DNA from: Candidatus Micrarchaeota archaeon
GTDB lineage: Archaea; Micrarchaeota; Micrarchaeia; Anstonellales; Bilamarchaeaceae
Direction of reading: 5' to 3'
Length of the DNA: 49,261 nt
NCBI GenBank assembly: GCA_037440825.1
Contig: JBBITJ010000005.1
Coordinates: 1 to 49,261, forward strand
Position numbers and translations under genes: made by a program. How positions within the stretch are numbered: position 1 is the first letter of the stretch; every line of letters begins with the position of its first letter. This document shows positions 28,298 to 37,433 of this stretch, in pieces. Under the pieces are notes generated by a model. It was not told where the DNA came from and made no database searches. It saw only the letters and a program-made list of their open reading frames with translations.

Positions 28298-29191
28298 ATG
28301 CTTTCAGGAGAAGACAGGGAGGATTTTATCGAGAGCGGCAGGATTGCCGCAAAGGTGCGCGAGGAATCCAGGAAGCTCATAATGGTGGACGAATCGCTCC
28401 TTGACATAGCCGAAACAGTGGAGCAGATGATCCTGGAGGAAGGCGCCAAGCCCGCATTCCCGCTCAACATTTCAGTGAACGAGGAGGCGGCGCATTTCAG
28501 CCCGGAATCCGGCTGCGAGCGCACGCTCGGCGAGAGCGACGTGGTCAAGGTGGACATCGGCGTTTCAGTGGACGGCGCGCTAACAGACACCGCATACACC
28601 ACGGACCTTTCAGGCAGGTACGGAAAGCTAGTGGAGGCGAGCGAAATGGCGCTCGAAGCAGCCATAAAATTGATGGTCCCGGGCACGAAAATATCGGAAA
28701 TTTCCGCCACGATAGAGGAGACGATAAAATCGTACGGCTTCCTTCCCATCTCCAACCTGACAGGGCACATGATACAGAAAGGTTTGCTTCACGCAGGAGT
28801 GGAAGTGCCGAACGTGCGCAGCAGCGTTCCCTACTCGCTCAAGGAAGGGGACGTTTTCGCAATCGAGCCGTTCGCCAGCACAGGCAGCGGTTTCGTGCAG
28901 GACACGGACCAGGTGGAGATCTTTTCGCTGATAAATCCCAAGCCGCTCAGGCTTCCTCAGGCGCGGAAGATACAGGAATTCATAATGAGGGAATACCGCG
29001 CGCTCCCGTTCGCGCAGCGCTGGCTGGATGCAAAGCACTCGCGCATAATGGTCAACTCCGCGCTCAAGGAGATGATTTCCCAGAAAATAGCGGCCGCTTA
29101 CCCTGTGCTCAAGGATTCCGGCGACGGGCTGGTGAGCCAGGCGGAGCATACCATACTGGTCGAAGAGAAGCCGACGGTGCTCACAAGATGA
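28298..29191 (+). CDS. map: Methionine aminopeptidase type II
   Basis: AFP.NISVNEEAAH, DIGVSVDG..TDTA, NLTGH, AIEPF, QAEHT. Confidence 0.96.
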   Translation: MLSGEDREDFIESGRIAAKVREESRKLIMVDESLLDIAETVEQMILEEGAKPAFPLNISVNEEAAHFSPESGCERTLGESDVVKVDIGVSVDGALTDTAYTTDLSGRYGKLVEASEMALEAAIKLMVPGTKISEISATIEETIKSYGFLPISNLTGHMIQKGLLHAGVEVPNVRSSVPYSLKEGDVFAIEPFASTGSGFVQDTDQVEIFSLINPKPLRLPQARKIQEFIMREYRALPFAQRWLDAKHSRIMVNSALKEMISQKIAAAYPVLKDSGDGLVSQAEHTILVEEKPTVLTR

Positions 29192-29206
29192 GGTTTCCTG
29201 TTCCCA

Positions 29207-29228
29207 TTTCGCCGACATTTCGGCGAAA
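29207..29228. terminator. Hairpin after map
   Basis: TTTCGCCGA-CATT-TCGGCGAAA. Confidence 0.4.
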
Positions 29229-29285
29229 GGGCCGTAAAGAGCCAGGCTCTTTCCGGTCGGGTTTCCGGTTTCGAACTGTGATGCG

Positions 29286-30032
29286 ATGACCGACACCAAG
29301 CGCAAGTACTATTCCCAGCTCGTCGAATTGCTCAGGAAAGCCGACGTCGCGGTGGAAGTCGTCGATTCCCGCTTCACAGAGGAGACGAGGATAAAGAAGC
29401 TGGAGAATCGGTTCGGCAAAAAACTCCTCATAGCCGCGTCCAAATCCGACCTCATACCGAAGGAGCGCCGCAAGCCGGGCTACATCTATTTCAGCAGTAG
29501 GACGCGCGAAGGGATAAACGAGATACTGGCCAAGGCGTCCGAAATAGGGCGCAACAACCCCTACCGCAGGACCAAGGAAACGAAGATGGTCATATTCGGA
29601 ATGCCGAACGTCGGCAAATCATCCCTCATAAACGCGATACTGAAGAAATATGCGGCAGTCACAGGATTCAGGGCCGGGCTCACGCATGGCCCGCAGTGGA
29701 TACGGCTTTCGGAGGATATGATGCTCTGCGACACCGCCGGAGTTGTGGATCTGCGCGAGAACGAGGAATCCATGGCATTGAAGAGCGCGCTCGACGTCAC
29801 GGAATTGAAGAGGCCGGAGCAGATCGCAGCCAAGCTCATTTCAAAATCCATGGAGGGCAGCAAGAACCTCCTGTTCATGTTCTACGGCATCACGAGCGCA
29901 GAGGACGCTGAAGACGTTCTCATTCAAATTGCGAAGAAGCGCGGGCTCCTCGGAAAAGGCGGCGTCCCGCTCGTGAACGAGGCCGCCAAGATGCTTCTGC
30001 GCGATTATCAGAAAGGAAAATTCGTGCTCTAG
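29286..30032 (+). CDS. Circularly permuted GTPase, YlqF/RbgA family
   Basis: VVDSR, SKSD, GMPNVGKSSLIN, DTAG. Confidence 0.92.
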   Translation: MTDTKRKYYSQLVELLRKADVAVEVVDSRFTEETRIKKLENRFGKKLLIAASKSDLIPKERRKPGYIYFSSRTREGINEILAKASEIGRNNPYRRTKETKMVIFGMPNVGKSSLINAILKKYAAVTGFRAGLTHGPQWIRLSEDMMLCDTAGVVDLRENEESMALKSALDVTELKRPEQIAAKLISKSMEGSKNLLFMFYGITSAEDAEDVLIQIAKKRGLLGKGGVPLVNEAAKMLLRDYQKGKFVL

Positions 30033-30040
30033 GTGGTGCG

Positions 30041-30967
30041 ATGGGTTTGAAACTGCATTCGAAAGGAAGCGGCTTCGAGCTCTATTCCCTGGAAGCCGAC
30101 GGCTTTCCTGCGAACAGCTACATCCTATGTTCCGAAGCCGCGCGTTCCATACTCTACCACCCCTACCTTGCAGGAAAGGAACTGCAGGACACGATGGAAG
30201 CTGTGGGAGAGATATTCGCGAAGGCCGCGTCAGCCACAGCGCTCAAAGGAGTGAAGAAATGCGAGCTCGCGGAACTCGTCTATCTGGCCGGAGGGCTCTT
30301 CTACGGCGTGAACGAAGGATTCAAGCGCGTCTGGAATTTCGCGATTCCCCAATGCTTCATCGGGATAGGGCGTGTAAAGGTTCCGGGAACCGAGGGCGAT
30401 TTCATCGCCGAGATTGGATACGAAAATTTCGAGGCTCTTCCGGACAACGCGGCCCTCATAATCGGAGACACGATGGCTACAGGAGCCACGATGGCCGAGG
30501 GCATCCGTTCGCTCGGCAAGGCGCTCAGGAAAAGCGGCAAGAGGATACGGAAGCTGGTGGTTTTCACGCTCGCAGGCGCCCCCAAGGCTGCGCGGGCCCT
30601 GAAGGCGGCAGCGGACGAGCTCTCGAAATCCAATCCCGGGATGGAAACCTGGTTTTTCGCGTGCGAGCAGCTCTTCACATTGATGCCGGACGGGACGGAT
30701 TTGAGGTTTTTTGGTTCGGATTCAATAATTCCCGAACCCACGCGCGCATATACGCTGAAAACGTACGGCGAGTGGCTTGGCAAGAACATGAAATGCGCCG
30801 TATTCGATTGGGGCACGAGGTGCAAGAACCCGGCTGCGCATTACCGCGAATTCATAGAATATGCGGAGCATGCGGCAAAAGGCGCGCCTCCGGAAGCCAG
30901 GGAAAAATTAGAGGGAATGGCGGCATACGCCAAGGCGAAGCTCGGTGAATTATCTGAAAAAATATAG
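30041..30967 (+). CDS. Type I phosphoribosyltransferase-fold protein (UPRT-like, divergent)
   Basis: PRPP-binding-like motif LIIGDTMATGAT. Confidence 0.6.
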   Translation: MGLKLHSKGSGFELYSLEADGFPANSYILCSEAARSILYHPYLAGKELQDTMEAVGEIFAKAASATALKGVKKCELAELVYLAGGLFYGVNEGFKRVWNFAIPQCFIGIGRVKVPGTEGDFIAEIGYENFEALPDNAALIIGDTMATGATMAEGIRSLGKALRKSGKRIRKLVVFTLAGAPKAARALKAAADELSKSNPGMETWFFACEQLFTLMPDGTDLRFFGSDSIIPEPTRAYTLKTYGEWLGKNMKCAVFDWGTRCKNPAAHYREFIEYAEHAAKGAPPEAREKLEGMAAYAKAKLGELSEKI

Positions 30968-31018
30968 TCCGCAGCCTTGCAATCAGACTTCAGCCTTTAT
31001 TTTTTGCGAAAAAATAAA

Positions 31019-31235
31019 CGGGCTCGGCAGGATTCTTAGGCGGTATCGCCTCAAAAATAGAGGAAATGCCTGAACCCACAACCGCCCGGTTCCCACCAGA
31101 GTTGCCAGTTTTCCGTTTCGGGTTTCGCGTACGAGCCTCGAAACACAGGGCTGGAAACCGCTTTGAGAACCATCAAGCCACAATTAGCTTGAGGCTGTCC
31201 GAAGCCGGGCGCGCTATCCGTTGCGCCACGAGCCC
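31019..31235 (-). tRNA. tRNA-Arg(UCG) with introns at 37/38 (31091-31198) and in the T loop at ~56/57 (31036-31071)
   Basis: Minus strand: GGGCTCG-TG-GCGC-AACGGATA-GCGC-G-CCCGG-CT-TCG-G[intron]A-CCGGG-CGGTT-GTGGG-TTC[intron]GAAT-CCTGC-CGAGCCC-G. Confidence 0.9.
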
Positions 31236-31343
31236 ACACATCCACTTCTCTTGCTTACTTTTTAAAGAATAATGAGGAATAGGAGATGAAAGGGAAATCA
31301 AGGAAAAACCGCTAGGGGGCGCAGCCCCCTATGAGGTTTGTCT

Positions 31344-31604
31344 ATGGAAGAAAAAGAGCGTTCGGAAAAGGACCTCGAGAAGCTGAAGGCGATAATCGCG
31401 TATTTCCGCACCCAGCCGTTCGCAAAATCATACTCTGCGCAGCTCGACTTCTCTGAAACCTACTGGAAGGACGCCGAGCATTACCACGAAAAAGGCGACT
31501 ATTTCACGTCGTTCGGGTGCGCGAACTACGCCTACGGCATACTGGAAGGCGTGCTGCTGAAGGAGAAAGGCAAGACGTTCCACGAGCTCGAGGAGGAAAA
31601 ATAA
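31344..31604 (+). CDS. DUF357 domain protein
   Basis: YWKDAEHYHEKGDYFTSFGCANYAYGILE. Confidence 0.88.
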   Translation: MEEKERSEKDLEKLKAIIAYFRTQPFAKSYSAQLDFSETYWKDAEHYHEKGDYFTSFGCANYAYGILEGVLLKEKGKTFHELEEEK

Positions 31605-32341
31605 TGCAATTGAAGAAATCCCTTGGCCAGAATTTCCTCAGGGACAAGAACATCCTCGAGAAGGAGGCCCGCCTCCTCGGCGTAGCCGGCAAGACGGCGC
31701 TGGAAATCGGGCCGGGCGACGGCCGCCTTACTGAGCAGCTGCTTCTCGCCGGAGCTAAGGAAGTCATAGCAGTTGAGAAAGACGCCCGCATGGTAGAAAT
31801 GCTGAAGAACCGCTTCGCAGGCAAGCCCGTGGAAGTCGTCTACGGCGATTTCCTCGAAATCAATCCTAAAGAATACAAAATAGACAAGATAGCGGGCAAC
31901 ATCCCCTACTACATCTCCAGCCCCATAATTTTCAAATTGAAGGAATTCGATTTCGAGGACGCGATAATTATGGTGCAGGACGAGTTCGCGAAAAAGATGG
32001 TGTGCAAGCCCGGAGATGCGAATTACGGCCGCCTGAGCGTGACCTCCAACCTTTTCTACGAAGTCAAATACATCCAGAAGGTGCCTGCGCACCTCTTCGA
32101 CCCCCCTCCTAAGGTGAATTCCGCGATAATCGTGCTTAGGAAGCGTGGTCTGTCCGTCAGCATAGGCGCTGAAAACGTGATACGCGCGCTCTTCCAGCAC
32201 AAGAACAAAACCGTGCGCAACGCCCTGCTGGATGCGGGCTACCTTGAAAGCAAGGTCAAAGCCCTCGGCGCATTGCTGAAGCTGAGGCCCAGGGAACTCA
32301 CAGAAGAAAAGATCCTTGAAATCTGCGGAAAATTGGAATGA
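31604..32341 (+). CDS. rsmA: 16S rRNA dimethyladenosine transferase KsgA/RsmA
   Basis: KKSLGQNFL, LEIGPGDG, GNIPYYISS, YGRLSV, PPPKVNS. Confidence 0.97.
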   Translation: MQLKKSLGQNFLRDKNILEKEARLLGVAGKTALEIGPGDGRLTEQLLLAGAKEVIAVEKDARMVEMLKNRFAGKPVEVVYGDFLEINPKEYKIDKIAGNIPYYISSPIIFKLKEFDFEDAIIMVQDEFAKKMVCKPGDANYGRLSVTSNLFYEVKYIQKVPAHLFDPPPKVNSAIIVLRKRGLSVSIGAENVIRALFQHKNKTVRNALLDAGYLESKVKALGALLKLRPRELTEEKILEICGKLE

Positions 32342-32421
32342 AATAAAAACAAGATAAGAAAAGAAGGCCTTCGCCGTTTGGGGCGGCGAAGTCAGCTTCG
32401 TCGGTTAGTAGAAGAATCTAC

Positions 32422-32583
32422 TTAGAACCTGCTCGGCTTGTGCTTCTTGTAGCAGTCCCTGCAGTACACAGGCCTGCCTTCCTTCGGCTCGAAGGGAACT
32501 TCGCAAGCTGCTCCGCAGTCGGAACAAGTCGCAGGATACATTTTCCTGTCTCCGCCAAATCCTCCTCCGCTTCCGTATGCCAT
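32422..32583 (-). CDS. CxxC-x17-CxxC zinc-finger small protein (53 aa)
   Basis: Manually translated: MAYGSGGGFGGDRKMYPATCSDCGAACEVPFEPKEGRPVYCRDCYKKHKPSRF; SD-like GGTGA. Below the ORF-track length cutoff. Confidence 0.92.
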   Translation of the reverse strand: MAYGSGGGFGGDRKMYPATCSDCGAACEVPFEPKEGRPVYCRDCYKKHKPSRF

Positions 32584-32745
32584 ATATTCACCTATTTTTT
32601 TCTACCTGTTTAGAAACCTGCTTCAGAATTAGGAGATTTTACTCTACTACTCTGCTCTCGGCGCACCCCTTTGGGGCGCTTATCTAAACCAAGTAGCATA
32701 TGGGATCCGTGGTATATAAACCTATGTATTTGCACGAAAATACAC

Positions 32746-33132
32746 TTATGCCCAGAAAATCTTGGTCCTTGTGCGCATGACTATGATCCGGCTGTGGGTT
32801 TCCGCCTTGAGCCGCGTCCTGATGCCTATATCGTTGGTGCAAACTATCGTCCTGGGGTTCGCCTTGCAGTATTCCACTATCCAGTCGTCTGCGGCCCTGA
32901 TATTGGACTCTATTATGCGGAGCTTGTTCCGCTCTATTATCTCCAGCGCCACCCGCGCCGCAATGCTTTCCTTCTTCCTTCCCTTGGAAAGTCTCTTGAG
33001 CTCGGCGAGCACCGGCTCGCCCACCGCCAGTTCGTGCGCACTCTCCACGAGCTTGTCCAGCGCTGCCATGATGTTTATCTTGAATTGATAGGGGATGAGG
33101 AGGAAATTCGTGTCCAGTATTATCGTTTTCAT
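32746..33132 (-). CDS. PIN-domain protein (FCF1/Utp24/VapC9-like)
   Basis: IILDTNFL, VLAEL, ADD, VCTND. Confidence 0.9.
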   Translation of the reverse strand: MKTIILDTNFLLIPYQFKINIMAALDKLVESAHELAVGEPVLAELKRLSKGRKKESIAARVALEIIERNKLRIIESNIRAADDWIVEYCKANPRTIVCTNDIGIRTRLKAETHSRIIVMRTRTKIFWA

Positions 33133-33138
33133 GTGCAA

Positions 33139-34563
33139 TCAGCCTGCGATGTTGTGCGCGATCCTGTCCGCGTCGAATTCCTCTATGTCTTCGTAGCCCT
33201 GCCCCACGGTCACGTAGAGCACGGGGACCTTAGTCACCTTGGATATGGAAATGACCGTCCCGCCCTTGGCGTCGCAGTCCAGCTTGGTGAGTATCACTCC
33301 GTCCAGCCCGAGCTCGCGGTTGAACGTATCGACTTGCTCTATCACTGAGTTCCCGGCAATGCTTTCGCCCACATAAACCTTTATTTCCGGCGCTAGCACG
33401 CGCACCATCTTCTTCAGCTCGTTGAGAAGGTTGAGGTTGGTCTCCTGCCTTCCCGCGGTGTCTATGAGCACGACGTCCATGTTGTGCGCCTTGGCGTGGC
33501 TCACCGCATCAAAAGCGACGGAAGTCGGATCTGCGCCGTATTTCCCCTTCACGACCTTTATCCCCAGCCTGCTGCCGTGGATCTCCATCTGCTCTATCGC
33601 AGCCGCCCTGAACGTGTCCGCAGCAGCGATCACCACCGTGTAGCCGTTCTTTTTCAGCAAATTGGCTATCTTCGCGATCGTGGTGGTCTTGCCGCTTCCG
33701 TTCGGGCCGGTGAACATTATCTTAACTGGTCGCGCTTCAATCCTCTTCACCTGCTCCAATATGGGCATGCCGGTGTTTTCCGACATTATCTCCTTTATCG
33801 AATTGAAAAATGCCGATTCTATCTTCTGCTGGAGCTCGCTCTTCTTCATCTTGCTGCCCACGAGCTCGTTGCGCAATTCATCCTTTATCTGCTCCGCGAC
33901 CTCGAAAGCCACGTCTCCCTCGAGCAGCTCCATCTCGAAATCGTCCAGCGCGGAAGATATATCCTTTTCGCTCAGCTCGACCTCGCTGCTGAATATGGAC
34001 TTCACTTGCGTGGCGAGGCTGAGCTTGACCTTTTCTTCCTTCTTCTCCCCGGGCTTCTTCCCGCCGCCTTTCATTATCGTTGCGAGGAATCCGCCCGTCT
34101 CGGTTTCGCATTTTGCCTCGGCCTTAGTCCCCTTCGCAGGCTCGACCGTCGCATTCTGCTCTTTCCACTGCGAAGGAACCTCTGACTTGGCCTGGCCAGA
34201 AACCGCAATGGCGACTGCCCCCTCTATTTTTTCATTTTTCTCTCCGCCTGCAGCCGGTCCGTACTCCGCCTTTTTCTCCGCAGCGTGCTGAGGGAACGGC
34301 TTCGGCTTCTTTTCCGCGTGCGCAGCCGCGGCATGCGCATGGTGTTTGGAGTATTCATGCTCCTTCTCAATCTTCGCCGGCTTGGACTGCACCTTCTTCT
34401 CGTGCTCCTCCACTGCCTTCTTCGCCTCGGGAATGGCCGCAGCGACCTTTTCCTCTATGCGCTCTATTTGTGCCTCAGCTTTTTTCTCTGCCGCCTTCTC
34501 CTCCTGCCTGCTAGCTATCTTGTCCACAAATTCGGAAATCTTCTTCTTGAGAAAGTCGAACAT
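33139..34563 (-). CDS. ftsY: SRP receptor FtsY with long charged N-terminal region
   Basis: GPNGSGKTTT, DTFRAAA, DTAGR, TKLDCDAKGG. Confidence 0.97.
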   Translation of the reverse strand: MFDFLKKKISEFVDKIASRQEEKAAEKKAEAQIERIEEKVAAAIPEAKKAVEEHEKKVQSKPAKIEKEHEYSKHHAHAAAAHAEKKPKPFPQHAAEKKAEYGPAAGGEKNEKIEGAVAIAVSGQAKSEVPSQWKEQNATVEPAKGTKAEAKCETETGGFLATIMKGGGKKPGEKKEEKVKLSLATQVKSIFSSEVELSEKDISSALDDFEMELLEGDVAFEVAEQIKDELRNELVGSKMKKSELQQKIESAFFNSIKEIMSENTGMPILEQVKRIEARPVKIMFTGPNGSGKTTTIAKIANLLKKNGYTVVIAAADTFRAAAIEQMEIHGSRLGIKVVKGKYGADPTSVAFDAVSHAKAHNMDVVLIDTAGRQETNLNLLNELKKMVRVLAPEIKVYVGESIAGNSVIEQVDTFNRELGLDGVILTKLDCDAKGGTVISISKVTKVPVLYVTVGQGYEDIEEFDADRIAHNIAG

Positions 34564-34568
34564 GGCAT

Positions 34569-34976
34569 CTACTGCCTGTCAGCGCTCAGCTTTACGTTCA
34601 GTTCCTGGAGCTTCTGGTTGATCGCGCCGAGTTTTGCAGCTATCTTCTGGAACTCCGCCTTGAGCCGCTCAGCTGCCTTCTCGGTCGAAGCTATTCTCTT
34701 CTTGACCTCGTCTATCGCTTCGTGCTTCTTGAGGCTCACCAGGTATCCGCCGCCTATGGGCACCAGCACCTCCGTGGACGAGACTTTTGCGTTGACCATA
34801 GCCCCGCCTCCGATAGGGACGAAGACTGAGTCTTCCTTGAGCGTCTCCACCGATCTGAGCGAATTCTGCAGCTCCGCAGTAGTCATGGACACGCGCTCAA
34901 TTTCGCCTTCGAGCAGCCTTAGCTGCTCCCTGTAAAGCCTCGCCTCGTAAGCCAGCCTCTGGTACTCGTCTGCCAT
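34569..34976 (-). CDS. pfdA: Prefoldin alpha subunit
   Basis: Coiled coils flanking VFVPIGGG / VLVPIGGGY hairpins; conserved synteny. Confidence 0.93.
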   Translation of the reverse strand: MADEYQRLAYEARLYREQLRLLEGEIERVSMTTAELQNSLRSVETLKEDSVFVPIGGGAMVNAKVSSTEVLVPIGGGYLVSLKKHEAIDEVKKRIASTEKAAERLKAEFQKIAAKLGAINQKLQELNVKLSADRQ

Positions 34977-35153
34977 CTACTGCACCTTGGCGACGCTCTC
35001 TATCTTCACCTTCTTCCTGTTAACGCCGTTGACCGACCCTATGAGCGCGTACGTCACGTCTTTCGCGTGCTTCTCGCTCTTCGCTTCGACCTCCTTGCTG
35101 AACTTTCTCTTCCCGTTAGGGATGTCCACGGTTCCGTTTACAGTAAATTTCAT
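34977..35153 (-). CDS. rplX: 50S ribosomal protein L18Ae/LX
   Basis: Manually translated: MKFTVNG...KFSKEVEAKSEKHAKDVTYALIGSVNGVNRKKVKIESV. Confidence 0.88.
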   Translation of the reverse strand: MKFTVNGTVDIPNGKRKFSKEVEAKSEKHAKDVTYALIGSVNGVNRKKVKIESVAKVQ

Positions 35154-35169
35154 TCAAATCACCTTATAT

Positions 35170-35487
35170 TTATCCTACTCTGGTTCCAGGCGCAACGCTC
35201 TTTTCCGTAGTCAGGAGCACGACCTCCTTTTCCCCCGCAGCGAGCAGCATTCCCTGCGACTCCAGCCCGGCGATCTTCTTGTAATCCATGTTCGCTACGA
35301 TGATTATATTCTTTCCTACTAGTTCTTCAGGCTTGTAGAACTTCGCGATTCCGGCAACAATCTGCCTTTTCTCGCTGCCCAGGTCCACCTGGAGCTTCAG
35401 GAGCTTGTTCGAGCCCTCCACCGCAACGGCCTCGAGCACGCGCGCAACGCGCAGCTCTGTTTTGGAGAAATCCTCGTAGCTCACCAT
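35170..35487 (-). CDS. Free-standing tRNA-binding protein (Trbp111 / MetRS C-terminal-like)
   Basis: SYEDFSKTELRVA, KLLKLQVDLG, RQIVAGIA, ESQGMLLAA. Confidence 0.92.
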   Translation of the reverse strand: MVSYEDFSKTELRVARVLEAVAVEGSNKLLKLQVDLGSEKRQIVAGIAKFYKPEELVGKNIIIVANMDYKKIAGLESQGMLLAAGEKEVVLLTTEKSVAPGTRVG

Positions 35488-35492
35488 GCGAA

Positions 35493-36152
35493 TCACAGAT
35501 ACCCTAACGCTGCCTCCATCTTCCCTATCTCGAATCCGGTGCTCGCCTCGCCCACGACGAATCCTTTCGAATTCGCGACCATGCCTATGCCCACGAATCC
35601 GGTCCCCATATTCACAGTCCCCTTGTCCCCAGGCACCTTGAGCGCATCCTCAAGCGATTTCATCTCTTCCTCGCTCGCGGCGTAATGCGCAAGGAATCCC
35701 TTGTTTGTCGCAGTGCACGCGCTTCCAACCGTGGAATAGTTGGCGATTGTCAGCGGAACCAGCTCCACTCCGAGCGCGTCCTCCATCCTCTTTCTCTCTC
35801 CGGAGTCCACGTGCGGGTTCACTACTCCTCCCTTGCCGTTCGCGCAGATGTTGTTCCCGTGCGCGTTGTTGAGCTCCTTGGAAACGAGCACGTTGAGCCC
35901 CTCCTTCTTCAGGAGTGCGAGCTCACGCTCCTCTATCACGTTCGGAAGCACCACACCGTTGTTGTTCATCGCGGTGTATATCCCGACGAGGTTGGAGCTC
36001 GCCATCGTGAGCTGCACCACTTTAGTGCCGAGCTCCTGCTCCAACGCGAGCACGTTCTTGTGCTGCGCATCAACCGGAGCGAGGGCTATGCTGTCGTTCG
36101 CCTTGAAGAAAAGCCCCAGGAAAGGGTTCCCGTAATACGCGGTCCTGTGCAT
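35493..36152 (-). CDS. eif6: Translation initiation factor 6 (aIF6)
   Basis: GNPFLGLF, GNNICAN, GTVNMG, TGFEI. Confidence 0.95.
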   Translation of the reverse strand: MHRTAYYGNPFLGLFFKANDSIALAPVDAQHKNVLALEQELGTKVVQLTMASSNLVGIYTAMNNNGVVLPNVIEERELALLKKEGLNVLVSKELNNAHGNNICANGKGGVVNPHVDSGERKRMEDALGVELVPLTIANYSTVGSACTATNKGFLAHYAASEEEMKSLEDALKVPGDKGTVNMGTGFVGIGMVANSKGFVVGEASTGFEIGKMEAALGYL

Positions 36153-36532
36153 TACTTCTTCTCCTCTTTCTTCTCGTGCTTGTGCGCATGCTCCTCCTTC
36201 TTCGCAGGAGCAGCCTTCGTCTCAGCCTTCGGAGCATCTTTCTTCTCTTCTTTCTTGGGCTCCGGCTTCGTTATTTTCTCTTCCACGAGGTACGCCTTCG
36301 CAACGTCGGTCTCCTTCACGACCTTTATCTTGACCTTGCGCGGAGGCTTCTGTATGCTCTGTGCCCAGAGCACCGCGTTGAGCGCGTTGGACACCTTCAC
36401 CGCGTCCAGTGCGACCTTGCTGTGCCTGGACACGAACTGCTTGAGCAGCGAAACCGCCCTCCTGGCCCTCCTGGTCCTCACGTAGTCGTACGCCTTCGCA
36501 AGCGGGACTGTGTAGATCTTCTCATCTGCCAT
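36152..36532 (-). CDS. rpl31e: 50S ribosomal protein L31e
   Basis: IYTVPL...RARRAV...FVSRH...LNAVLW..SIQKPPRKVKIK. Confidence 0.95.
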   Translation of the reverse strand: MADEKIYTVPLAKAYDYVRTRRARRAVSLLKQFVSRHSKVALDAVKVSNALNAVLWAQSIQKPPRKVKIKVVKETDVAKAYLVEEKITKPEPKKEEKKDAPKAETKAAPAKKEEHAHKHEKKEEKK

Positions 36533-36537
36533 CGCAA

Positions 36538-36702
36538 TCACCATTTCCTGGCTCCGAGCTTCTGCGTCCTCCAGGCCCTCTTCTTGAAGTTCTGGGTGAC
36601 CTTCCTCTTGGTCCTGATCGCGACGAAAACAGGGAGCCTCCTGTTCTGCCGCGTGGCTTTCGCAAGCCTCTTTTTCTTGTCATGCGTCTTCTTGGTCATC
36701 AT
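36538..36702 (-). CDS. rpl39e: 50S ribosomal protein L39e
   Basis: Manually translated: MMTKKTHDKKKRLAKATRQNRRLPVFVAIRTKRKVTQNFKKRAWRTQKL. Confidence 0.93.
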   Translation of the reverse strand: MMTKKTHDKKKRLAKATRQNRRLPVFVAIRTKRKVTQNFKKRAWRTQKLGARKW

Positions 36703-36708
36703 AGCCAC

Positions 36709-37008
36709 CTATTTCCTTTCGAATGTTATTTCGGGTTCGCGTTCCTCGCCCTTGAGCCTTCGCAGTATCATGAGGACCTCCTTGTTGCCCAGCTTCCTTC
36801 CGAGCCTCTGGAAGATCGCCACGCATCCCTGCACCGCGTTCGCGTACAGTTCCGGGTTCGCGACCTTCACGTTCATCATCCGCTCATAGGCCTCGTCGTC
36901 GAGCACTTTCCTGAGCGTCGATTTTATCTGCTCTTCCGCGTCCTGGCTTTTCTGGAGCTGTTCGAGCTTCTTCTTCCTAATCTGCTCGAGCTCATCGGAC
37001 AATTTCAT
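36709..37008 (-). CDS. PDCD5-like DNA-binding protein
   Basis: DELEQIRKKKLEQLQ...LRKVLDDEAYERMMNVK; conserved synteny. Confidence 0.9.
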   Translation of the reverse strand: MKLSDELEQIRKKKLEQLQKSQDAEEQIKSTLRKVLDDEAYERMMNVKVANPELYANAVQGCVAIFQRLGRKLGNKEVLMILRRLKGEEREPEITFERK

Positions 37009-37433
37009 GCACCCTTTTTGACCTCCTTGGCCGAGCTGTCAAGCAGCTTTCTGCCCTTGGCGGTGAGTCTCCTTCCCTTCTTCGGACCCTTCTCCACCTT
37101 CTCCATGAGGCCCGCCTTCTCGAGCGCCTGGAAAGCCTTCCTTATCGTCGAGCCTCCTGCTCTCCTGTGCCTGTTCGGCCGGACACCGCGGTTCTTCTTC
37201 CCGCCGTAGTGGATCCTCAGCTTCTGCACCCCTATGATGTTGCGCAGGTACGCCTGCCTCATTATGGACGCGCAGCGCACGAAGAAGAAATTCTCCTGCT
37301 CCGGCGGCCTCTGGTTGTGGGCGCCGCTCTTCACTATGCCCACGAACGCCGGCTGCTGGATGCCCATTTCCATGAGCTTCTCGGCGACCTTCGCGTTCAG
37401 CTTGTTCGCATCTACATCTATCGCACTTGCCAT
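37005..37433 (-). CDS. rps19e: 30S ribosomal protein S19e
   Basis: VKSGAHNQRPP, RCASIMR, YGGKKNRGVRP, GRRLTAKG. Confidence 0.97.
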   Translation of the reverse strand: MASAIDVDANKLNAKVAEKLMEMGIQQPAFVGIVKSGAHNQRPPEQENFFFVRCASIMRQAYLRNIIGVQKLRIHYGGKKNRGVRPNRHRRAGGSTIRKAFQALEKAGLMEKVEKGPKKGRRLTAKGRKLLDSSAKEVKKGA

